A stretch of DNA of 9,211 nucleotides from assembly GCA_001600695.1 (NCBI GenBank), contig BCKQ01000021.1, positions 125,773 through 134,983 on the forward strand. Reading direction: 5' to 3'. The position numbers were made by a program, and so were the translations under genes. This stretch comes from Ascoidea asiatica JCM 7603 (Eukaryota > Fungi > Ascomycota). The notes beneath the pieces are model-generated. The model was not told the DNA's origin. It searched no databases and saw only the letters and a list, made by a program, of their open reading frames with translations. Within the stretch, counting starts at the first letter, position 1. Each line of letters begins with the position of its first letter. Shown piece after piece: positions 1 to 7,229 of this stretch.

Positions 1-1
1 A

Positions 2-448
2 TTAGAATATACTTCATTACATAATATTAAAACTGCAGAAGATTTAGTTAATTATCTTAAAACTTTATCAATATTCAAAGGTACAAGTGTAAAAGAATTA
101 AGAGATGGATGGAATGGATGTTTAGATGCAATTAATTATTTAGAGAAAAAAAATGAAATTATTGTACAAAGAACTAAAAAAGATAATAATCCAAGATTAA
201 TTTGGCTTAATCATGGATCTCCATTAGGTGGAATTGATGAAGAATTTGTTAAAATGTGGAGAGAAGTAAATTTACCAAATTCAGCAGATTTACCACTGAA
301 ATTAATTGATTTAGGTTTAAAACCCACAAGTGTTGATCCTTCAACAATTAAGAAAACTGTAACTACAGAAAGAAAAAAAACTAAAAGAAAAAGAAGTTAT
401 AAAATTACTAATACTCATATGAGAGGTATTTTAAAAGATTATAAATAA
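2..448 (+). CDS. TFA2: Transcription initiation factor TFIIE small (beta) subunit, 3' part; 5'-truncated by the window edge
   Basis: Frame +2 is open from base 2 (LEYTSLHNIKTAEDL...KGTSVKELRDGW...RTKKDNNPRLIW...) to TAA at 446-448, so the 254 ATG in the ORF track is internal. The C-terminus LGLKPTSVDP...KITNTHMRGILKDY matches the yeast Tfa2 end as I recall it (LGLKPASVDP...KITNTHMTGILKDY). Confidence 0.92.
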   Translation, partial: LEYTSLHNIKTAEDLVNYLKTLSIFKGTSVKELRDGWNGCLDAINYLEKKNEIIVQRTKKDNNPRLIWLNHGSPLGGIDEEFVKMWREVNLPNSADLPLKLIDLGLKPTSVDPSTIKKTVTTERKKTKRKRSYKITNTHMRGILKDYK

Positions 449-540
449 TTTCTCATTTTACTTATTTGTAACTCAAGCCAGTTGATTTTATTTGAGAGCT
501 TAATTTTTCCCATTGTAAAAGCTTGAATATATTATGTTCT

Positions 541-690
541 TGAATTCAAAAAAAAAGTTTCAAGTAAAAAAAATGAAAAAAATAAATTCGAAAAAATCAA
601 AAAAATACAAATTCAAAAAAAAATTTAAAAAGTATAAATTTTAAAAAATATAAGTTTAAAAAAGATAAATTTGAAAAATAAATTCATCCT
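541..690 (+). repeat. Degenerate A-tract tandem repeat (~13-16-bp units such as AAATTTAAAAAGTAT) in the TFA2/HSP78 convergent spacer
   Basis: aaatttaaaaagtat|aaattttaaaaaatat|aagtttaaaaaagat|aaatttgaaaaat|aaattc, preceded by TTC(A)n units. Confidence 0.6.
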
Positions 691-934
691 AGAACTGAAA
701 GACAGAAAAATTTCGGAAAATACCAAATTTTAAATGAATTAAATATTTCATTATCAGTATAAGATCAATTTATTTTATGATATATATTATAATGAAAAAT
801 ATGTTTGCGGTTTTCAAGTTTTTCCTAAATTTTGTCAATGAGTTTGTTCAATTTGATAAATAGTCGATATTAAAAGAAAGTGGAAGTTCAAAATGAAAAA
901 AAAATTTCCCATTTATAAATGATACCAGAATCCC

Positions 935-953
935 TTTTTTTTTTTTTTTTTTT
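935..953 (+). repeat. Poly(T)19 homopolymer
   Basis: Directly visible. Confidence 0.9.
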
Positions 954-1149
954 CACGTTTTTTAATATCAGAATGATAATTTTTATTTATTCTACTTCTA
1001 ATAATTCATTTTTATGATTTTTAAATACAAAATTTGAATATATTAACAAAATATACATATAAAAAGAAAATAAAACTATAAAATATCTACAATTTTTTTT
1101 GAATAGTTATTATTATTTAAAATATTACAAAGATTAACTTAAATTTTTT

Positions 1150-3705
1150 TTATTTAACAGTTAATTTATTATGTTCATCAACATCAACATGAACAATTGA
1201 ACCTCCTTTTATATCACCTTGAATAATTAATTTTGCCATTGGATTTAAAATTGATTTATGTATTAATCTATTTAAAGGTCTTGCACCATATCTTGCATCA
1301 TAACCATAATCAACTAACCAATTCTTTGCTTTTTCACTAAGTTCAACTTTTATTTGTTTTTCTTTTAATCTTTCTTGAATTTCTTTAAATCTAATATCAA
1401 TAATTCTAAATAAAGAATTTTTTGATAGTCTATTAAAAACAATAATTTCATCAATTCTATTAATAAATTCTGGAGAATAATTATTTCTCATTTCATTTAT
1501 AACTTTTTTCTTTGTTTGTTTTGAAACAATACCAGTTTCATCACCATTAATTTCACTATCAGCAAGTAAAATATTTTGACCAATATTTGAAGTCATTACA
1601 ATTATTGTATTTTTAAAATCAATATTATGACCTTGAGAATCTTTTAATTGACCTTCATCTAAGACACCTAATAATAATTTACTTATATCAGGATGAGCTT
1701 TTTCAAATTCATCTAAAAGAATTATAGAATATGGTTTACGTCTTACAGCTTCAGTAAGTTCACCATTATTTTCATAACCTATATAACCAGGAGGAGCACC
1801 AATTAATCTTGAAATTGTATGTTTTTCTTGAAATTCACCCATATTAAATCTAATTATAGAATTTTCATTATCAAATAAAAATTCTGCAAGAGATTTTGTT
1901 AATTCAGTTTTACCAGTACCAGTTGGACCTAAGAATATAAAACTTGCAATTGGTCTTTTTTCACTTGTTAAACCAGCTCTTTGTAATCTAACAGCATCAG
2001 AAACTGAATGAATTGCTTGATCTTGACCAATAACTCTTTGTTTTAAAGAATCTTCCATATATAATAATCTATCTCTATCACCTTTTAATAAAGAAGTAAT
2101 TGGAATTCCAGTCATTTTTGAAATTACTAAACATATATCTTCAGTTGTAACAGAATCATGAAGTAAATTTGGTATTAATTCTGAATCTATAGAATCCTTA
2201 TTTGATTTAATATCTTTATTATTATTATTATCATTTATTGAAGTTTTTGTTAAAGATTGAGTGGAAGTGGAAGTGGAAGTGGAAGAAGAAGAAGAATCTT
2301 TTGGTACTAATCTTTCTAAATCAGGAATTGTTGAATATCTTAATTCAGAAGCTTTAGCATAATTACCATCTCTTTGAGCAATTTCTAAATCCATTTTTGC
2401 TTTTTCTAAATTAATTTTTGCATTTTTAATTTTTTCAATAATTTTTTTTTCATTTTCCCAAATTTTTGTTAAATAATTATTTTTTTTAATTTTTTCATTT
2501 AATTTTTTAATTAATAAATTTTTTCTTTCAATTGATAAATTATCAATTTCTTTTTTTAAAGATTCTAATTCAATTTGAATTGTCATTATTTCTCTATCTA
2601 ATTTTTGAATTTGATCTGGTTTTGATTCATGTTGAAGTCTTAATGAAGAACAAGCTTCATCAATTAAATCTATAGCTTTATCAGGTAAAAATCTATCAGT
2701 TATATATCTATTACTTAAAGAAGCAGCACTAACTAAAGCTGAATCAGTAATTCTTACACCATGATGAACTTCATATTTTTCTTTTAAACCTCTTAAGATT
2801 GAAATTGTATCATTAACATTTGGTTCATTAATAATAACTTTTTGAAATCTTCTTGCTAAAGCTAAATCTTTTTCAATATATTTTTTATATTCATCTAAAG
2901 TTGTTGCACCAATACAATGTAAACCTTTTGATAAAGCTGGTTTTAAAAAATTAGAAATATCAATTGAACCTTCAGTTTTACCAAGATTCATAATTAAATG
3001 AATTTCATCAATAAATAATATAATTTTATTTTTATTTTCATTATTATTTAATTCATTTAATAAATTATTCATTTTTTCTTCAATATCACCTCTAAATTTA
3101 GAACCAGACATTATTGATGATAAATTTAATGATAAAATTTTTTTATTTTTCATTGAATCTGGTACTTCATTATTTATAATTCTTTGAGAAATACCTTCAA
3201 GAATTGAAGTTTTTCCAGTACCTGCATTACCAATAATTATTGGATTATTTTTTGTTCTTCTTGATAAAATTTGAATAATTCTTCTTATTTCTTCATCTCT
3301 ACCAATTACAGGATCTAATTTACCTTCTTTTGCTAATTTTGTTAAATCTATTGAAAATTTATCTAATACAGATTCTTGTTGTTGTTGTTGTTGTTGTTGA
3401 CCTTGACCTTGATTTGGATTCATTCTCATTTGAACTTTATTATTTGAAGAATTTGAAAAGAATCTTTTATTTATGATTAAATCATTTGGAATAAATTTAT
3501 TAAATGAGTTATAAAGATTATTATTATTATTATTATAATTATTATTATAATTATTATTATAATTATTTGATAAAGTTGAATAATTATTATGATTTAAATT
3601 TATATTATATGAAGATTTAATTAAATTATTTGATAAATCTTTTGATAAATTTTTATAAATATTTCTTGTAAAATTATAATTTATTATTTTTGAATTTGAT
3701 AACAT
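1150..3705 (-). CDS. HSP78: Mitochondrial ClpB/Hsp100-family AAA+ disaggregase Hsp78 (851 aa from the first ATG)
   Basis: Two AAA+ modules: [13 protein letters not shown]...RRTKNNP, Walker A GNAGTGKT, Walker [22 protein letters not shown], a coiled-coil M-domain, Walker A2 [26 protein letters not shown] and GARPL. There is no Clp N-domain; a basic, acid-poor presequence takes its place, which points to Hsp78 rather than Hsp104. The ORF-track start at 3720 is a TTG; the first ATG is at 3705-3703. Confidence 0.95.
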   Translation of the reverse strand: MLSNSKIINYNFTRNIYKNLSKDLSNNLIKSSYNINLNHNNYSTLSNNYNNNYNNNYNNNNNNLYNSFNKFIPNDLIINKRFFSNSSNNKVQMRMNPNQGQGQQQQQQQQESVLDKFSIDLTKLAKEGKLDPVIGRDEEIRRIIQILSRRTKNNPIIIGNAGTGKTSILEGISQRIINNEVPDSMKNKKILSLNLSSIMSGSKFRGDIEEKMNNLLNELNNNENKNKIILFIDEIHLIMNLGKTEGSIDISNFLKPALSKGLHCIGATTLDEYKKYIEKDLALARRFQKVIINEPNVNDTISILRGLKEKYEVHHGVRITDSALVSAASLSNRYITDRFLPDKAIDLIDEACSSLRLQHESKPDQIQKLDREIMTIQIELESLKKEIDNLSIERKNLLIKKLNEKIKKNNYLTKIWENEKKIIEKIKNAKINLEKAKMDLEIAQRDGNYAKASELRYSTIPDLERLVPKDSSSSSTSTSTSTQSLTKTSINDNNNNKDIKSNKDSIDSELIPNLLHDSVTTEDICLVISKMTGIPITSLLKGDRDRLLYMEDSLKQRVIGQDQAIHSVSDAVRLQRAGLTSEKRPIASFIFLGPTGTGKTELTKSLAEFLFDNENSIIRFNMGEFQEKHTISRLIGAPPGYIGYENNGELTEAVRRKPYSIILLDEFEKAHPDISKLLLGVLDEGQLKDSQGHNIDFKNTIIVMTSNIGQNILLADSEINGDETGIVSKQTKKKVINEMRNNYSPEFINRIDEIIVFNRLSKNSLFRIIDIRFKEIQERLKEKQIKVELSEKAKNWLVDYGYDARYGARPLNRLIHKSILNPMAKLIIQGDIKGGSIVHVDVDEHNKLTVK
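3376..3399 (-). repeat. (CAA)8 polyglutamine tract near the mature N-terminus of Hsp78
   Basis: (TTG)8 on the + strand, in frame. Confidence 0.95.
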
Positions 3706-3994
3706 TTTTATTTCAATCAATTATATTGGAAGTAATGAATATTAATGAATAATATGATGATAAATAAAAGCATTTCAAAGATCTTTGAATTTTAAATAAT
3801 TGAAATTAATTTACTACTTATATTTATATTAATAAATATTTAAGTCTATTGAATATTATTCATTTAGATATTAAACCTTTATTTTGATAATTTAAGTCAC
3901 ATTGTCAGAATCCTTATGTATTATCACAATAGTAATAGTAATACTAGTAGTAATAAGCAAGGCCGAAGCTTGTTGCAGGTCATGAAAAACAAAT

Positions 3995-4159
3995 TTCTAG
4001 AACCATTCCGAAACCCGGAGAAATTCGAAGAAGAAGGAAGAAGAAGACCCACAGCTCTGGATCCGAGAAGAAGAAGACGAGAAGAATCTGGAAGAAGAAG
4101 AAGAATCTGGAAGAAGAAGAAGAAGAAGAAGAAGAAGAAGAAGAAGGAAGAATCTGGGA
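3995..4159. promoter_or_regulatory. Imperfect heat-shock elements upstream of HSP78
   Basis: TTCtaGAA at 3995-4002; GAA-ga-aTC-tg-GAA at 4081-4093 and 4100-4112, with a decayed copy at 4147-4159. HSP78 is an established Hsf1 target in yeasts. Confidence 0.5.
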
Positions 4160-4197
4160 GTATCTGGGAGAAGAGGAGGAGAAGAGGAGGAGGAGGA
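4027..4197 (+). repeat. Polypurine tract: (GAA)n microsatellite, including uninterrupted (GAA)12 at 4110-4145, grading into (GGA)n
   Basis: Directly visible; interrupted by recurring ATCTGG units. Confidence 0.95.
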
Positions 4198-4237
4198 ATT
4201 GTGGAGGCATTGTAGAATGATGTCACGTTTGAACGGC

Positions 4238-4254
4238 CGGAAGTATCATATCCG
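4238..4254. promoter_or_regulatory. CGG-N11-CCG Zn2Cys6 (Gal4-type) binding site
   Basis: CGG aagtatcatat CCG, embedded in CCGGA-N9-TCCGG (4237-4255) in the HSP78/BUR1 divergent spacer. Confidence 0.5.
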
Positions 4255-4353
4255 GTCTATCTCCAATTCGTTCTTCTTCTTCTTCCTTCTATTACCAAGT
4301 GCTTTTAGTATTTTAATATTTTAATATCAGTTTGCAAACTACTACTTCATAAG

Positions 4354-4385
4354 AACTTCAGAGAAACTTCAGAGAAACTTCAGAG
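4354..4385 (+). repeat. 11-bp tandem repeat AACTTCAGAGA x3
   Basis: Copies at 4354, 4365 and 4376 (last is 10/11); a further partial copy AACTTCAGA at 4424. Confidence 0.9.
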
Positions 4386-4770
4386 CTGTGAGAAGAAAGA
4401 TCCGGTTTCAATTGATATAGAATAACTTCAGAAGAACTTGTAGTTACTCTCTTCTTTCTCTTCAATGTAAAAAATAAATGCTTTCTTCATTTTCATTTTC
4501 ATTTATTTCATCCTTGGTACTTCTCATTCGCACCAAATATTCGGTTCACTGACTACAACCCCCATGTTTGACCATTATTAACTACATAACTACTACTCTA
4601 CACCAGTAACTCCAGTAACTGATTTCAATTATTAAAGGGACTATTACTTACAAAACCACTTACACTTTAAAATAATCTCCATTTACTACAATCACTAACC
4701 CTGTCTTTACTGACATAACTTTTTTCTAATTTTGGTATGTTTTATATTTGATTTATTTTTAATATAAGAT

Positions 4771-4780
4771 AAATTTTTCA
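4771..4780 (-). promoter_or_regulatory. RRPE-like motif (TGAAAAATTT) upstream of BUR1
   Basis: AAATTTTTCA on the + strand, about 240 bp upstream of the BUR1 ATG and followed by TATA-like TATAAAA (4810) and (TA)n. A chance match is plausible in DNA this AT-rich. Confidence 0.35.
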
Positions 4781-5016
4781 AAATGCGGTTTTTTAAATGT
4801 TAAATATTTTATAAAAGAGTGAAAAAAAAATATATATATACTATATGTATATATACTAAATATATATAATATTTAAAGTAATTGTAAATTTAAAATATTT
4901 TAATCAATCAATCATATCTGAATATATTCAATTACTTATATTCAATTAATTATCTCAATTATAATACTTATTAACTAAATAAGTTATTAACAAAAGAATA
5001 ATTTCATTCTATTGAC

Positions 5017-7014
5017 ATGAATAGATATTCTAATAACAGTAATAATAATATTAGTAGTATTAACAATAACATTAATAATAACAACAACAACAACAATCCT
5101 TCATCCACTTTATCAACTGATGTTTCTTTCTCTTTTCAATCTACTGAAACTTCATCTTCATCTTCATCTTCATCTTCATCTAAATTAAAAACAAAAAGTT
5201 CAATAAATTCTAAAGTTAATTTACCAAAATCAAAATCAAAATCAAAATTAAAATCAAAATTAAAATTAAAATTAAAATTAAATTCAAGAAATATTATTAA
5301 ACAATTATATAATAAAAATTTTTATCCATTACCTTCTTTAAATGATTATGAAAATTTTAATAAATTAGGTCAAGGTACTTTTGGTATAGTTTCAAAAGCA
5401 ACAAAAAAAGATAATAAAAAATTAGTTGCAATAAAAAAATTAAAACCATTTGAACAAGATAAAAATGGTTTTTCAATAACTTCATTAAGAGAAATTTTAA
5501 TTTTAAAAAATCTTAAAAATAAAAATATTATTCAAATTATTGATATAATATCAGAAAAAAGAAATGATAAAAAATATTCAAATGGTGTTTCTTTAGATTT
5601 TTTTATGGTAACTCCATATATGCCTTCTGATTTATCTGGAATTTTACAAAATCCAAGAATTAATTTAAATTATTCAAATAAAAAATGTATTTTATTTCAA
5701 TTATTAAATGCTATTTCTTATTTACATCAAAATAATATCATTCATAGAGATATAAAAACTTCAAATATTTTATTAAATTATAATGGTACTTTAAAATTAG
5801 CTGATTTTGGTTTAGCAAGAAAATATTTTGGTTCAAAAATTTCAATTTTTTTAAAAAATGGTTATCCAAAAAGTAATAAAATTTTAACTCCAACTGTTGT
5901 TACACGTTGGTATAGAGCTCCAGAATTAGTTTATGGTGAAATTAAATATACTCCTGCTATTGATATTTGGAGTATTGGTTGTGTATTTGGAGAATTATTT
6001 ACAAAAAAACCAATAATTTCTGCAAATTCAGATTTAAATCAAGGTATTGAAATTTTTAAATTATGTGGTACACCACAATTAAATATTGAAACTTTAAATT
6101 ATTATAATAATTTACCAAATTTTAAATCAATAAATTTATCAAATTTTAATTTTTATAATTCTTTTAATCAATTTTTTTTAAAAAAAATGTATAATGATAT
6201 TTATGCTATAAAATTTTTATCAAAATTACTTAATTTAAATCCATTTAAAAGAATTAATTGTTTTGAAGCTTTAAATGATAATTATTTTAATATTAATCCA
6301 AAAGCTTGTAAACCAGAAGAATTACCAACTTTTGAAGAATCTCATGAAATTGATATAAATAGATTTAAAGATGAAGAACAACAATTAAAAGCAATTAATA
6401 ATATTAATAATATTAATAATATTAATAATATCAACCCTAATGATAATATTCCAATGAATTCAAATAATAACTCTACCTTCAATGATCCTCAATTACAACC
6501 CAATAATGATTATAAAAATTATGAAAATTATAATAATTATAATAATTATAATAATTATAATAATTATGAAAATATTGAATATAATCAATCAATACAAAAT
6601 TCAAAAATTCAAAAAACAAATTCTACAACTTCATTTTCAAGTATAAATAATAATAATAATAATAATAATAATCAAAGAATTCCTTATTCTTCAACTTCAA
6701 AATGGGGTTCATCTGTTCCTCAAACTAATTCAAATCCTAATGATAATTACAATGAAGGAAATACTTTCAAAAATCACCAAAATAATATTTATAGAGATCA
6801 AATTGATTATAGAGAACCTATAGATTATAAAGAATCAATAGATTATCGAAATACTTATAGTTCTCAATCAAATCAAGAAAATATTTCAGATACTCGTAAA
6901 CGAAGAAGAGAATCATCATCATCATCTTCTTTAAAACCTTTAGGTTATGAAAAACCTAAATTATCTTCTGATGATCCAACAAATAATATTCCTACTGTAG
7001 ATCTTGATTATTGA
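5017..7014 (+). CDS. BUR1: CDK9-family cyclin-dependent kinase Bur1/Sgv1 (665 aa) with low-complexity N- and C-terminal extensions
   Basis: KLGQGTFG, VAIKK, a PITALRE-like helix (SITSLRE), HRDIKTSNILL, DFGLAR, TPTVVTRWYRAPEL, DIWSIGCVFGE, DLNQG..IFKLCGTP and a post-kinase EESHE motif. The long activation-loop insert and the GQGTFG/HRDIK/ESHE pattern fit Bur1 better than Ctk1. Confidence 0.88.
   Translation: MNRYSNNSNNNISSINNNINNNNNNNNPSSTLSTDVSFSFQSTETSSSSSSSSSSKLKTKSSINSKVNLPKSKSKSKLKSKLKLKLKLNSRNIIKQLYNKNFYPLPSLNDYENFNKLGQGTFGIVSKATKKDNKKLVAIKKLKPFEQDKNGFSITSLREILILKNLKNKNIIQIIDIISEKRNDKKYSNGVSLDFFMVTPYMPSDLSGILQNPRINLNYSNKKCILFQLLNAISYLHQNNIIHRDIKTSNILLNYNGTLKLADFGLARKYFGSKISIFLKNGYPKSNKILTPTVVTRWYRAPELVYGEIKYTPAIDIWSIGCVFGELFTKKPIISANSDLNQGIEIFKLCGTPQLNIETLNYYNNLPNFKSINLSNFNFYNSFNQFFLKKMYNDIYAIKFLSKLLNLNPFKRINCFEALNDNYFNINPKACKPEELPTFEESHEIDINRFKDEEQQLKAINNINNINNINNINPNDNIPMNSNNNSTFNDPQLQPNNDYKNYENYNNYNNYNNYNNYENIEYNQSIQNSKIQKTNSTTSFSSINNNNNNNNNQRIPYSSTSKWGSSVPQTNSNPNDNYNEGNTFKNHQNNIYRDQIDYREPIDYKESIDYRNTYSSQSNQENISDTRKRRRESSSSSSLKPLGYEKPKLSSDDPTNNIPTVDLDY
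5227..5280 (+). repeat. Coding hexamer repeat (AAATYA)9 encoding KS/KL dipeptides in the Bur1 N-terminus
   Basis: aaatca x3, aaatta, aaatca, aaatta x4. Confidence 0.9.
6394..6849 (+). repeat. Coding repeats in the Bur1 C-terminal tail: (INN)n, (NYN)n, poly-N and three 18-bp IDY(R/K)xx units
   Basis: ATTAATAAT repeats at 6394-6435, AATTATAAT repeats at 6517-6570, (AAT)n at ~6646-6672 and IDYREP/IDYKES/IDYR at 6802-6849. Confidence 0.9.
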
Positions 7015-7140
7015 AGATTAAAATGATTTAATGACTATTCTTAAGATAAAAAAAAAATAAAAAAAAAGAAAAAACAACTCAGATTTATATTTATTTATTG
7101 TATTAATTAATTAATTAGTTGAAATTATGGTATCTGAAAT

Positions 7141-7157
7141 AAAAAAAAAAAAAAAAA
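7141..7157 (+). repeat. Poly(A)17 in the short BUR1/MFM1 convergent terminator region
   Basis: Directly visible; several other A-tracts and a (TA)n element (7185-7193) lie in 7015-7229. Confidence 0.85.
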
Positions 7158-7229
7158 GTTAATGTAAAATAAAAAAAAAATTATTATATATATACAGTAT
7201 ATAAAAAAATATTAATGGTTTACTTTTTT

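Noticed and set aside
3706-3720. ORF-track N-terminus MIEIK for HSP78
   Set aside because: It is a TTG start; the ATG at 3705 is the plausible eukaryotic initiator.
3754-3760. ATGATGA box C-like motifs here and at 8607-8613 as C/D snoRNAs
   Set aside because: No suitably placed CTGA box D or terminal stem follows either motif.
3916-4226. Three overlapping ORFs (3916-4215 +, 3924-4226 -, 3980-4210 -)
   Set aside because: They are open only because GAA/TTC repeats lack stop codons. They give poly-K/F/S products with codon usage unlike the real genes and lie in promoter DNA.
4223-4236. Abf1-like GTCAC...ACG site
   Set aside because: The spacer is 6 nt rather than the 5 nt of RTCRY-N5-ACG.
4050-4390. 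MITE or transposon defined by the 10-bp inverted repeat
   Set aside because: There is no target-site duplication, no transposase, and the interior is simple repeat plus promoter motifs.
4320-4740. Spliceosomal snRNA (U1/U2/U4/U5) as the source of the Sm-like site
   Set aside because: I find no U1 5' ATACTTACC, no U2 GTAGTA branch-pairing context and no U5 loop GCCTTTTAC on the + strand.
7083-7093. Perfect S. cerevisiae ARS consensus ATTTATATTTA
   Set aside because: It is expected by chance at this AT content, and the ACS is not known to apply outside Saccharomycetaceae.
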